NCBI GenBank assembly: GCA_048886685.1
Contig: JBHLKM010000009.1
Location: 1-64,000 of the forward strand
Source: Candidatus Hodarchaeota archaeon
GTDB lineage: Archaea; Asgardarchaeota; Lokiarchaeia; Sigyniarchaeales; SOKP01
Length of the DNA stretch: 64,000 bases
Direction: 5' to 3'
The position numbers and the translations under genes are program-made. The notes beneath the pieces were generated by a model. It saw only the letters and a list, made by a program, of their open reading frames with translations. It did no database searches and was not told the DNA's origin. How positions within the stretch are numbered: position 1 is the stretch's first letter; the number at the start of each line of letters is the position of its first letter. Shown one piece after another: positions 19,627 through 29,978 of this stretch.

Positions 19627-21042
19627 TTATTTTTTAAACTTTAAAATCCCTATAGTATCTATTTCTACTTGTTCCACCATGAATGGGCTTAATTTTCGGA
19701 TTGCAAATACGAAAACTGGAATCAAGCATAAAGTAATATAAATTGAAACAATAAATGGAGCGGTATCAGTCAAAGTATCCCAAAGGAGACCCCCTATTAG
19801 TGGACCGATAACTCTACCCAACCTATCAACCCACATATGTAGACCAAATAACTTTCCTCTATGTTTTATTGACACTCGGCTCATAATTGCTTGGATAAAG
19901 TACCCATTTGATTCTAATGAGATATATAGCAATATTAGAATAATTGCAAAATCAATAGACGTGAAGGCACCGATTAATAACCAAATCATCAAAGCCTTGA
20001 ATATGTTTATACTTATTACACTTATGGTTGGTGAAATACGATCAAGTAATTTACCCAATTTTGGTGCCACTAACTGTGAAAGGACTTGTGCTGGAAAATA
20101 GACAATCATTACAATAATTGGTATAATATTCTCGGAAAAATCCGGTAAGAGGTTATTAATTAAATATGCCGATATAAACATTGAATATATTGTTCCAGCC
20201 ATAGAAGTTATGAGTATCACCAGAATCAACGCAAAGAAACCTGCAAAAAATGATTTGTCTAATTTCTTACTAAGTTTTTTAGGTTTTTCAATAATTTCAA
20301 TAGTAGTTATAGTTTCTTCACCGTTAATTACTCCATTACTCATAATACTCTCTAATTCTATATTCGAATCCTCTAAGGACTCACAGTATTTTTCATAGGT
20401 TAAATCTTCGTCTACTCTCACATGGAACCTAATCCCAGCGATCAAATTAAGTATCGCAAATATTAATATTGGACTATACATTAAGGGAATATTATTAGGC
20501 ATAAATATATTCACTAGCCCAAAAATAGGGATACTAATAAACGCTCCTACTAAAAAACCATAACCAATCATCTTACCCCTACCTGTAGCTAATGCCTGAG
20601 TCCTATTCTCCTTACAAGACTTTTCTGAAATTAAGGAAAAAAAGGGGGGCCAAAAGAATCCTACAATTAATCCTTGACAAAATGTACCTATTCCAAATAG
20701 AGTTAAATCTTTAATAACAAGTGAAGTCCAATATAAGGAATATGCTAGTGTTCGACCCAAAGAACCGATTAAAATAAGTCTTTTCTTGGAAGTATGATCA
20801 GTTAGATATGCAATTAAAGGCATTGAAATCAACCGAGCAAAAGGTTGCATTGCCATTATAACTCCAAAAACAATTCCAGTGCCTCCAAAATAAAAGAGAA
20901 CAACATAAGATCTTATAAACATGAAGAAAATAAAACCCAATCCATTCCAAAACGTTATCCGAATCATAGAATTAAAGTCTGGGGTTGTTCTTATTAATTC
21001 AGGTGATTTCTGACCTTTAGAATCGGAATTAGAGGGAAACAA
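19627..21042 (-). CDS. MFS transporter
   Basis: Two hydrophobic halves; YLTDHTSKKR and GKLLDRI motif-A-like; GRVIGPLIGG. Confidence 0.85.
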   Translation of the reverse strand: MFPSNSDSKGQKSPELIRTTPDFNSMIRITFWNGLGFIFFMFIRSYVVLFYFGGTGIVFGVIMAMQPFARLISMPLIAYLTDHTSKKRLILIGSLGRTLAYSLYWTSLVIKDLTLFGIGTFCQGLIVGFFWPPFFSLISEKSCKENRTQALATGRGKMIGYGFLVGAFISIPIFGLVNIFMPNNIPLMYSPILIFAILNLIAGIRFHVRVDEDLTYEKYCESLEDSNIELESIMSNGVINGEETITTIEIIEKPKKLSKKLDKSFFAGFFALILVILITSMAGTIYSMFISAYLINNLLPDFSENIIPIIVMIVYFPAQVLSQLVAPKLGKLLDRISPTISVISINIFKALMIWLLIGAFTSIDFAIILILLYISLESNGYFIQAIMSRVSIKHRGKLFGLHMWVDRLGRVIGPLIGGLLWDTLTDTAPFIVSIYITLCLIPVFVFAIRKLSPFMVEQVEIDTIGILKFKK

Positions 21043-21204
21043 AGATATTACACATTTGTAAGTATTAAAATTCTACAATAATCTGATAGATACAATAGAG
21101 AAACACCTCATTTAAAGTTCAATTTTCAACAATTTGTAATAATTAATTTTTGTAGAAGAATTAAAAAAATCTAAATTACCATTTTTTTTTCTGTTAATCC
21201 TTAG

Positions 21205-21813
21205 TTAATTATTCAGAAATACCATCAGACTAAGAATAAAGTAGTAAAGTTCATATGGAGTGACCATTACTCTTTCAATTATCCCCCTATACTTACCTGC
21301 GGCAAATATGCTCGAGATAATTACGCCTATTAATGATACAATAGCTGAAATAAGTGAAAATATAGCAAAGCCACTCCACTTGGGTACGGATTGCAATCGA
21401 ATCCAAACTAATACCATCCCAGCAATAGTTAATAATCCCATTACTGCTACAAGAATGATATGCATTTTCCCTCGAAGAGTAGTGAATTCGCCTCCTTCAT
21501 CAAGAGGAAAGAATAGTGCTACCATTATTCCCACGATGGAACTAATCAGAAGAACAATTGGTCCAACAATGGAACCTCCCCCCTCATTGATACCTTCATG
21601 TAATCCAATGAAAAATACAAACAATAGAACACTTTCTGTAATCACAAATGATTGTGCTAAGCGTCTGTTAGGTGCTCCCACAGCAAACAGTGAACTTATA
21701 TCATCTCGAATATGATTATAATCCGAATCTAAGCTTCCACAAATAATCCACATTGAAGTATATATGATGGGACTAAGCATCCCGCAAATTGCTAAAATCT
21801 GTAATATACTCAT
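21205..21813 (-). CDS. DUF998-like membrane protein
   Basis: YNHIRDDISSLFAVGAP..FPLD..H..GIIER pattern. Confidence 0.75.
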   Translation of the reverse strand: MSILQILAICGMLSPIIYTSMWIICGSLDSDYNHIRDDISSLFAVGAPNRRLAQSFVITESVLLFVFFIGLHEGINEGGGSIVGPIVLLISSIVGIMVALFFPLDEGGEFTTLRGKMHIILVAVMGLLTIAGMVLVWIRLQSVPKWSGFAIFSLISAIVSLIGVIISSIFAAGKYRGIIERVMVTPYELYYFILSLMVFLNN

Positions 21814-22073
21814 TATTATCTGGATTTGTGCTTAAAATTAAAACTTTATTATAATAAATAATTACAAGGTATTCTCTAAAATATTGTTCATAAGATAATT
21901 ATTGAGTTTCCCTTGCCAACCCATAAAACAATCTATCAATGTTGATAGGCTCAATTTTCTCTTTCCATCTTGTCTCATTTTGTTCAATTCACTTTTTATA
22001 CTTTACTATAAAAAGTTTAGTTAAAAGCGAGATTTTGATATTTTTGTCAACATAATTCATTTATTATCAAGTA

Positions 22074-23462
22074 CTATTTTAAAAAATCGTAGATTTGTTC
22101 GGCAATTATTTTTCCATGTGCTACAGCATCAACCACGCTTTTTGAACCAACCACACAATCTCCCCCTGCCAGTACTTTAGGAACACTCGTGAAGAATTTA
22201 TCATTCACAATAAAGGTATTTTGTTTTGTGAGTTTGAATTTGCTTCTATCAAATCCGGTTAAATCAGTTTCTTGACCTATTGCTTCTATGATATAGTCTG
22301 CCTCGACCTTAATTTCCATATCTTCGATTGGGATCGGAGTTGGTCGACCACTTTCATCAATATCTCCAAGTTCAATTCTTTGGCAAACAGCACCTAGAAC
22401 TTCATCTTCTGTGCAATGAAACTCTTTAGGAATTATTAAAAATTCAATAGGAATCCCTTCATTTTCTGTATCTTCAATTTCAGTTTTCCCTGCAGGCATA
22501 TGTTCCCTCTCTCTTCGATACAATATAGAAACATTTGCTCCAAGTCGTTTTGCAACTCGTGCAGCATCGGTTGCAGTGCTCCCACCCCCTATTATGATTA
22601 CTTTTTTATTAACTAAATCAGGCATTTCTTCTTTCAAATTAAACCTTCTCAAAAACTCAAGAGCTTGTAGGACAATTTTTGATTCTTCTCCTGGAAGTTT
22701 CAACCATTTAGCCTTCTGAGTACCGATCCCAATGACTATAGCATGAAAACCGGATTCAAATAGCTGTTTAATGCCAAATTTTTTATCAATTCTTTTGTTA
22801 GTAATAATTTCAATGTCGCACTTCTTTAGATGTTCTACTTCCGTGTTCAAAACTGACCTAGGAAGACGAAATTCGGGGATTTCTGTTGCCATCATACCCC
22901 CAATTACATTTAAAGCTTCATAAATAGTCACATTAATTCCATATTTCCTCAAGAAAAAAGCAACGGTGAGCCCAAGAGGTCCAGAACCAATTATAGCAAC
23001 TTTTTTCCCAATATCAGGATAACATTGAAAAAATTCTTCCAGTGGACCATAATTATCAACTAAAAAACGTTTTATCATTGGGATCTGAATCGAATCCCCT
23101 TTCTTTCCAGCAGTACAATGAAGCATACAATAACCGGGACAAACTCTTTCAACGCTTCTTGGAAAAGGATAGTGTTCATAAATTATTTTGAGAGCCTCTT
23201 CAATCTTACCCTCTAAAACATTTTTGATAATCTCTCTTGAATTACAATGCGTAGGGCAATATTTCATACAAGGTGGTGGTTTTACTTCAGGATCGCTCTT
23301 TTTGAAACATTGATAGCATCGCTCACATTCTTTAATAACCTCTTCAAGCTCTAAATAGCCAAGATTAACTTCTTTAAAATTATTGATTCGTTCCTCTTTC
23401 GGTAAATAATGTCGTTCTATAGCTACTTTACTTCTTACAATTTTCTGTTTTTCTTCTGTCAA
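22074..23462 (-). CDS. GltD/SudA/NfnB-like FAD/NAD(P) Fe-S oxidoreductase
   Basis: ERINNFKEV, RCYQC..PC...CP, RVCP..C...C, GSGPLG, IPEFRLP, GGGSTA.DAAR, AGGD..G. Confidence 0.9.
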   Translation of the reverse strand: MTEEKQKIVRSKVAIERHYLPKEERINNFKEVNLGYLELEEVIKECERCYQCFKKSDPEVKPPPCMKYCPTHCNSREIIKNVLEGKIEEALKIIYEHYPFPRSVERVCPGYCMLHCTAGKKGDSIQIPMIKRFLVDNYGPLEEFFQCYPDIGKKVAIIGSGPLGLTVAFFLRKYGINVTIYEALNVIGGMMATEIPEFRLPRSVLNTEVEHLKKCDIEIITNKRIDKKFGIKQLFESGFHAIVIGIGTQKAKWLKLPGEESKIVLQALEFLRRFNLKEEMPDLVNKKVIIIGGGSTATDAARVAKRLGANVSILYRREREHMPAGKTEIEDTENEGIPIEFLIIPKEFHCTEDEVLGAVCQRIELGDIDESGRPTPIPIEDMEIKVEADYIIEAIGQETDLTGFDRSKFKLTKQNTFIVNDKFFTSVPKVLAGGDCVVGSKSVVDAVAHGKIIAEQIYDFLK

Positions 23463-23604
23463 TGTTTTTATAATTTTTCAAAATTTGGATTGGGAATAAT
23501 TAAGTAGACTCTATTGACTATTACGATGAATTTTGAGTCTAATATTCATGGATATTTCAAGGTTTATAAAAATTTAGGTTTTAAAATAAAAAAAATGATA
23601 GAAT

Positions 23605-25035
23605 TCAATAGGGACAACTCAAATCACTCCCTAACCAATCTCCCGTTAATCCGTATGCAGTTAGACGACATCCTCCACAGATTTTCTGCATGTGACAATT
23701 TGAACATTTGCCTTTGACTTTGTTTCGTTTTCTTATTCTATTCAACTCCGGATTATGAACCCAAATTTGTTCTAAACCCTTCTCTATAATGTTTCCTAAT
23801 TTGATATTACCCGCAGGAGCACATGGAATTACATTTCCATCACAGTCCAATCCACAATAAAATAAACCAGTAGCGCACCCACTAAAAATACTTTTAAGTC
23901 GATGAATGAAATTTGCTGTATTTCCATTAAATAAATCTTGATATTTAACCTCATGTCCTGTTAATATCTCACAAAGAGGATATACCTGACCATTGCTTAA
24001 ATCATAACAAGTTCTACTGAAATAAGGCATTCCCCTACCAAGAACTTCTAAAGGAAAGTTGGATTCAACATTTTCAATAAATTTTTCAGCCATAAATCTC
24101 ATAACTTTACGCTTATTTTCTTTACTGGCATCATGCTCCATGTAATATTGTCCTCTACCGACTGGTAATATACGGGAAACATAATATCGTGAAATTCCAA
24201 GCTCTTTTACAAAATCATATATTTGAGGGATTTCTTCGTAATTGAAATCAGTTAAGGTCGTATTGATAATTAGCTCATCAAATTTTCCAAATTCAACAGC
24301 ATTATTTATTCCATTAATGGCCATGTCATATGCTCTCGGCACATTTCGCAATGAATCATGTTTATCAGCAGAACAACTATCTAAACTAATAGACACACTT
24401 CTTACTCCCGTATCATAAATCATCTGACATTTCTCTTTAGTTAATAAGGTAGCATTTGTTGATATGGAAGGATATATACCACTTTCTTGAGTGTAATACA
24501 TTACTTCGAATAAATCCTCACGTGTTAATGGTTCGCCACCACAAAAATTCACTGTCACAACATCATTAGCTGCTAGAATATCAATTACGTATTTAGCTTC
24601 TTCAGTAGTAAGCTCATTTTTAGATTTCTGATTGTAGATTGAATCTGAAAAACAATGAGAACACTTTAAATTACATTTCTTCGTGTAATTCCATACAACG
24701 CTTAATGGCGCCCCAGTAACAAATGGAAATCTCAAGCCAAATATTGCCAGACCTTTAAAGACATTTTTTAATACTTTGCGAAAAGTAATATCGTTTGCGA
24801 ATTTAATTAAAGTCTGGGAATCAGTTTTATTAAAAGAAAGCCATCTAAGCATAACAAACTTAAAAATTTTAGCTTGATTACGACAATTGAAGCAAATTCC
24901 ATCTTTTTCCTTAAAAATTTGATCTAAAATTAAATCAAATCGATTAGATCCACACTTAGTACAATTTTTAGTGAAATTTCTACCAAGACTCTGAAGTAAT
25001 TGTTTCAGCAATGGAAAAATAAATGGATTTACCAT
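23605..25035 (-). CDS. Radical SAM/SPASM protein with N-terminal CxxC..CxxC extension
   Basis: CNLKCSHC, GGEP, GCATG..G.V.PC, CSNC....CGGCR..C. Confidence 0.9.
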   Translation of the reverse strand: MVNPFIFPLLKQLLQSLGRNFTKNCTKCGSNRFDLILDQIFKEKDGICFNCRNQAKIFKFVMLRWLSFNKTDSQTLIKFANDITFRKVLKNVFKGLAIFGLRFPFVTGAPLSVVWNYTKKCNLKCSHCFSDSIYNQKSKNELTTEEAKYVIDILAANDVVTVNFCGGEPLTREDLFEVMYYTQESGIYPSISTNATLLTKEKCQMIYDTGVRSVSISLDSCSADKHDSLRNVPRAYDMAINGINNAVEFGKFDELIINTTLTDFNYEEIPQIYDFVKELGISRYYVSRILPVGRGQYYMEHDASKENKRKVMRFMAEKFIENVESNFPLEVLGRGMPYFSRTCYDLSNGQVYPLCEILTGHEVKYQDLFNGNTANFIHRLKSIFSGCATGLFYCGLDCDGNVIPCAPAGNIKLGNIIEKGLEQIWVHNPELNRIRKRNKVKGKCSNCHMQKICGGCRLTAYGLTGDWLGSDLSCPY

Positions 25036-25200
25036 ATTAGTAATACTCTTATTGTATAATTATAATTATTAGGGGATTTCAATAATAAACATTACGCTAC
25101 TCCCTTAATAATTTGAAAGAATTAATTTTATGATATATATAAATTTGTTATACCTTTGACCTAAAAATCTAAAAAGGTCTATGAATTAAGAATATAATCA

Positions 25201-26130
25201 ATGACAAATAAAAGCAAAATAAGCCAAATTTTTCGCAAATCGTTGGAGGCTAAGGGATATAAGGGGCAAATAGTTAATGCAAAGCGTATTCCAGATCTAC
25301 GATATGATATTCGAAAACGTTATGAGCAGAAACTTATTTATCCTCCACTGTATGAGGATTATAAAGCATATTTTGAATTTGAACCGGATGTTGAATTCGA
25401 CCATGTAAATTCTCTCTTTATTATTGCTATCCCAGTCCCTCAACATGAAGCTACTTTTCACTGGAAAAATGAAGAAATTTCATTGATTATTCCCCCTACA
25501 TATTTATTTGGGCTTGATATAGTTAACCAAATGAAAGACCTCCTAAGTGATATACTGGCTCCTGAGGGATATAACGTAGAATATGCGAAGTTACCCCAAA
25601 AAACCCTAGCCGTGCGTTGTGGTTTAGCAGAATATGGTAGGAATAATATTACCTATGTTCCCAGAATGGGAAGTTTCCATCGATTAGCGGCATATTATTC
25701 AGACTTCCCCTTTAAGGAAGATCATTGGCAAGAACTTAAAATGATGGATTTATGTAAGGAATGTTCAGCATGTGTTCGTAAATGTCCAACTGGAGCAATC
25801 CCAACGGATCGTTTTCTTTTACGTGCAGGTCGATGTTTAACCTATCATAATGAACAGCCTGGAGAAATTCCCTTTCCAGATTGGATCGAACCTTCATGGC
25901 ATAATTGTTTAGTTGGGTGCCTTCATTGCCAGAAAGTATGTCCTGCTAATAAAAAAGTGAAAGATTGGACAGAACCAGGACCCAATTTTACTGAAGAAGA
26001 GACTAAATTACTCCTAAGCAAACAAGAACCTGAACTAATACCAACCGAATTGAAGAAAAAATTAGAGGAATTTGATTTTCTTAACTATCTAGAGGTTTTT
26101 CCTCGCAATGTTAGTGTATTTTTAGAGTAA
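25201..26130 (+). CDS. QueG/reductive-dehalogenase-like 4Fe-4S dicluster protein
   Basis: LP.K..AVRCGLAEYGRNNI..GS, CKECSACVRKCP, C, GCLHCQKVCP.N. Confidence 0.85.
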   Translation: MTNKSKISQIFRKSLEAKGYKGQIVNAKRIPDLRYDIRKRYEQKLIYPPLYEDYKAYFEFEPDVEFDHVNSLFIIAIPVPQHEATFHWKNEEISLIIPPTYLFGLDIVNQMKDLLSDILAPEGYNVEYAKLPQKTLAVRCGLAEYGRNNITYVPRMGSFHRLAAYYSDFPFKEDHWQELKMMDLCKECSACVRKCPTGAIPTDRFLLRAGRCLTYHNEQPGEIPFPDWIEPSWHNCLVGCLHCQKVCPANKKVKDWTEPGPNFTEEETKLLLSKQEPELIPTELKKKLEEFDFLNYLEVFPRNVSVFLE

Positions 26131-26187
26131 AAATATCTTTAAATCTGTTTATAAAATATAATTATAACTTTTTATTAGTTTATTTTA

Positions 26188-26625
26188 GTGATTTTTTATA
26201 TGACAGAGCTAAAAACTAGACCTAATGATAAAAGTGTTATGGAATTTTTAAACAAAGTTGAAAATACGAGAAGACGAGAGGATTCTTTTGAGATCTTAAA
26301 ACTTATGAGTGAAGTTACAGAGGAAGAACCAAAAATGTGGGGAGATAGCATCATAGGATTTGGGAGTTATCATTATAAATATGCGAGTGGACGAGAAGCA
26401 GATTGGTTACAAATTGGATTTTCACCAAGAAAACAATCTCTTACCATTTATATCATGGACGGTTTTGAAAAATATAAGGAATTATTGGATAAATTGGGAA
26501 AACATAAAACAGGAAAGTCATGCTTATACATAAATAAACTAGAAGATGTTAGTATTCCTGTGTTAAAAGAGATTATGATTGGGTCTGTGAAACATATAAG
26601 AAAAACTACACATAATTCAGATTAA
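26188..26625 (+). CDS. DUF1801 (YdhG-like) protein
   Basis: PKMWGDSIIGFGSYHYKYASGRE..GFSPRK..LGKHKTGKSCLYI; likely start ATG 26200. Confidence 0.88.
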   Translation: MIFYMTELKTRPNDKSVMEFLNKVENTRRREDSFEILKLMSEVTEEEPKMWGDSIIGFGSYHYKYASGREADWLQIGFSPRKQSLTIYIMDGFEKYKELLDKLGKHKTGKSCLYINKLEDVSIPVLKEIMIGSVKHIRKTTHNSD

Positions 26626-26690
26626 TCTCCGGAAGACAAAGTAAGAATATTTCTCAAGATCCTTATACTCATAATGATTAATACTTTATT

Positions 26691-27476
26691 TCATAATTCC
26701 TCTTTCTGACACATTGGGCAAAAAAACCCATGTCTTCCAGAGATTTCAAAACGCTCTATTTTATTATTACATTTTGGACATTTTTCATCTTTCTTACGAT
26801 GAGGAATTAGAAAACTTTTGGGGTATGTACTTAAATCTCCTTCTTGTTCAATTCCATATCTTAAAATTTCCTTGGTATTAGCAAATAACTCCTCTAATTT
26901 TCTTTCATTTATCTCATCAATTTTAGTTCGTGGATTTAATTTGGTTCTAAACAAAATTTCATCAGAATAAATATTACCAATACCGGCAATAAAACTTTGA
27001 TTTAACAAAGCATTTTTTAAAATAGCGCTTCTCCTTTTTATAGCCCCTGAAAATTCTTCAAAACTCATTTTATAAGCATCTGGTCCGAGTTTTTTCAATT
27101 GAATGAAATCCTCAATAGAATCAGTCATAGATATTCTCCCAAACATTCTCATAGAGATATAGGCTAAATTAAAACCATTTTTGAAATGGAATATAACTTT
27201 ACTGAATTTAGGTTCACTATCTTGTTTATTATAATATTCTAAATCTCCAGTCATCCCAAAATGGAAAACAAGATATTTTGGATCGAGGAAAACAAAGAGA
27301 TATTTACCATGGCGAATTGAATATTCAAATTGTTTATTTAATAACGATTCCCTTAGAACTGAATAATCTATATTTAAAACTCTTGTATCAATTACTTTAA
27401 TTTCACTGATTTCTTGTTTTAAAGAAGTTTTATCTAAATAATGTTTGAAAGTTTCTACTTCTGGAAGCTCTGGCAT
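26691..27476 (-). CDS. mutM: Fpg/Nei family DNA glycosylase/AP lyase
   Basis: N-terminal PELPEVE, GKYL, HFGMTG, H2TH AGIGNIYSDE, Zn finger CPKC..GR...CPMCQ. Confidence 0.88.
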   Translation of the reverse strand: MPELPEVETFKHYLDKTSLKQEISEIKVIDTRVLNIDYSVLRESLLNKQFEYSIRHGKYLFVFLDPKYLVFHFGMTGDLEYYNKQDSEPKFSKVIFHFKNGFNLAYISMRMFGRISMTDSIEDFIQLKKLGPDAYKMSFEEFSGAIKRRSAILKNALLNQSFIAGIGNIYSDEILFRTKLNPRTKIDEINERKLEELFANTKEILRYGIEQEGDLSTYPKSFLIPHRKKDEKCPKCNNKIERFEISGRHGFFCPMCQKEEL

Positions 27477-27526
27477 AATTATAAAAGTGATAAAGTAATT
27501 ATTTTTTGACTTTTTTACAAATTAGG

Positions 27527-27778
27527 TTAATTTAAATCATCATTCTTTACCCTTTTCTTTGAAAGTCTTAAGGCAACAATTAATAAAAAAATTCCTATAA
27601 TAAGAAAACTCATAGAATTAAATACTTCAGCAGCTTCAGCTTTCCAAAAAATATCCGAGTCTACTAAATCTTGTTGGAATCCTTGAATAAAGTGGAAATT
27701 AATTTCACTTATAAAAGATAACATTATTAATAGAATTCCTGTTACAAAAATCACCTTTTCAGCTGAATTCAATCTCAT
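27527..27778 (-). CDS. Small two-TM membrane protein
   Basis: Two hydrophobic helices; in a same-strand run with short gaps. Confidence 0.65.
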   Translation of the reverse strand: MRLNSAEKVIFVTGILLIMLSFISEINFHFIQGFQQDLVDSDIFWKAEAAEVFNSMSFLIIGIFLLIVALRLSKKRVKNDDLN

Positions 27779-27816
27779 ATTTTTCCTTATTCCTTTTAGT
27801 CATTTTCAAAAATAAT

Positions 27817-28419
27817 TTAGTTTTTCTTTCCATAAATCCAATACTGGTATTCTCCTCCCCTTTTTAAAATTCCTTCAAATAATATAGAGAATCCTGCCTT
27901 TTTTACCAATCCTACGGTATCTTTTGGCTTAAAATTGCTCCAAAACATAGGAACTCCAAAAAAATAACTGATTCCTTCAGACTCGGAGATCCCGGTATTT
28001 ATAAGTAAAATTCCCCCTGGCTTTAAAATCTCATAAAAATTTTTGAATATTGAAAAATGCTTCTTCTTTGAAACATGGAATAAAGCATAGACGCTTACTA
28101 TTCCCTCGAAACTATCTTTTTCAAATTTTAATTCATTCATATCCATTTTAATGAAGTTAGCTTTTGGTACATTTTTCCTAGCAAGATTTAACATTTTTTC
28201 AGATATATCTATTCCAGTTACATTAAATCCCCTTTTTACTAAAAATTCAGCAGTAGGGATACCTGCTCCACAACCAACATCAAGCACATGCGCATTTTTG
28301 AGAAGATAATTGCTATACTTTTCTAATTCAGTATTAAATTTACCTAAATCTCTGTGAGCATAATAATCTTCAGCAATTTGATTATATCCTTGTTCAACTA
28401 CTTTAGTGAATTCATTCAT
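27817..28419 (-). CDS. Class I SAM-dependent methyltransferase
   Basis: VLDVGCGAG, GIDIS, LKPGG. Confidence 0.9.
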   Translation of the reverse strand: MNEFTKVVEQGYNQIAEDYYAHRDLGKFNTELEKYSNYLLKNAHVLDVGCGAGIPTAEFLVKRGFNVTGIDISEKMLNLARKNVPKANFIKMDMNELKFEKDSFEGIVSVYALFHVSKKKHFSIFKNFYEILKPGGILLINTGISESEGISYFFGVPMFWSNFKPKDTVGLVKKAGFSILFEGILKRGGEYQYWIYGKKN

Positions 28420-28537
28420 TATATGTAAAAATTAAAATTAATGCTTATGTATATAATCCTAATAAATTATGATTTGGATTGAATTGACTCCTTATAGAAT
28501 TTAATGTTATAGTATAAAATCCTTATATTTTCTAGAT

Positions 28538-28996
28538 TTAGACATCTTTAATAAAACCAAAATTTTCAGTTTTATTATATTTCTTATTCTTTGAGTTAAA
28601 GTGTACAATAATTGGAGATTCAGAAAGAAATGGAAAACTTTTGAATAAACTCTTATCTCCATACTTAATTGTTTGTAAAACTAATGGTAAATGATGACGG
28701 AATATCTTGTCTCTCATACCTGCCCATCCGAATACAAATCCACCACTTACATGTAAATATAAATGCAATTCATATTGATCATTTATCTGTTTCCATTCAG
28801 CTAATACTTCATCTCGCATAAATCGAGTATATAAACCTGAAATTTGTTTATAATCGTAATCAGCTCCGACTGTGAGGAATAGATTGCCCGTAGAATCAGA
28901 ATGAGTTAATGTATATTTACGCGGCATAATGCTTTTTGAGGACTTGATTGAATCTTGATACTCAACGTGTAATTTTTCGGAAGCAAAAACAGACAT
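28538..28996 (-). CDS. Stay-green (SGR) family protein, Mg-dechelatase homologue
   Basis: PRKYTLTHSDSTGNLFLTVG, RDEVLAEW, LH.Y.HVSG, R..IF...LP.VL..I.YGD, VHF.S are SGR family hallmarks. Confidence 0.9.
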   Translation of the reverse strand: MSVFASEKLHVEYQDSIKSSKSIMPRKYTLTHSDSTGNLFLTVGADYDYKQISGLYTRFMRDEVLAEWKQINDQYELHLYLHVSGGFVFGWAGMRDKIFRHHLPLVLQTIKYGDKSLFKSFPFLSESPIIVHFNSKNKKYNKTENFGFIKDV

Positions 28997-29132
28997 TATT
29001 ATATTAATATTAAATGAAAAAAAGCTTTAAGAATACACTTTATAGATTATTAATATAAATTATTTAAGATGGTAAGAAATTAAAAATATCAAGATTGAGA
29101 ACACAAAAATCAATTTTTAATTCTGAACAATA

Positions 29133-29951
29133 ATGAATCTCAAGGGAAAAACTCTTTTTATAACAGGTGCTAGTAGAGGTATAGGAAAGGCTATAGCGCT
29201 TAGAGCCGCAAGAGATGGTGCTAATATTGCAGTAGTAGCAAAAACTAAAGAACCACACCCTAAATTACCAGGGACTGTATATAGTTCTGTAGATGAAATT
29301 AAAACTCAAGGTGGAGATGCTATTGCATGCATAGCAGATATACGATTTGAAGATCAAGCACAAGGTGCAATTAATGCAACAATTAAGAAATTTGGTGTAA
29401 TCGATATCCTCGTTAATAATGCTAGTGCGATTGATCTTTCTCCAACGCTGGAAGTTCCAATGAAAAGATTTGATCTTATGTTTTCAGTTAATGCAAGAGG
29501 GACTTTTTTATGTTCTAAATTATGTATACCTTATTTAAAAATAGCAGAAAATCCCCACATTTTGAATTTATCTCCCCCGTTGAATATGGATCCAAAATGG
29601 TTTAAGAATAATTTAGCCTATACTATGGCTAAATATGGTATGAGTATGTGTGTATTAGGAATGGCAGAGGAATTCAGAAAAGATGGAATAGCCGTAAATG
29701 CATTATGGCCACGTACATCGATTGCTACGGCTGCAGTTCGAAATTTATTAGGAGGTAAAACAGCAGTGAATCATTCTAGAAAACCAGAAATTGTTGCTGA
29801 CGCCGCCTATTTCATTCTGACTAAACCAAGTAGAGAGTGTACAGGAAACTTTTTTATTGATGAGGCTGTTCTTATTGACAATGGAGTAACCGATTTAGAA
29901 AAATATGCAGTCAATCCTGCTAAAGATCTTTACCTAGACTTCTTCCTTTGA
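29133..29951 (+). CDS. HSDL2-like short-chain dehydrogenase/reductase
   Basis: ITGASRGIG, AKT.EPHPKLPGT, NNASAI, LNLSPPLN, YTMAK, NALWP. Confidence 0.9.
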   Translation: MNLKGKTLFITGASRGIGKAIALRAARDGANIAVVAKTKEPHPKLPGTVYSSVDEIKTQGGDAIACIADIRFEDQAQGAINATIKKFGVIDILVNNASAIDLSPTLEVPMKRFDLMFSVNARGTFLCSKLCIPYLKIAENPHILNLSPPLNMDPKWFKNNLAYTMAKYGMSMCVLGMAEEFRKDGIAVNALWPRTSIATAAVRNLLGGKTAVNHSRKPEIVADAAYFILTKPSRECTGNFFIDEAVLIDNGVTDLEKYAVNPAKDLYLDFFL

Positions 29952-29978
29952 AAATAACTATATGAAAAAAAAATATAA

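Noticed and set aside
21899-21990. Protein-like minus-strand snippet (IEQNETRWKEKIEPINIDRLFYGLARETQ)
   Set aside because: No start codon and too short to assign; at most a gene remnant
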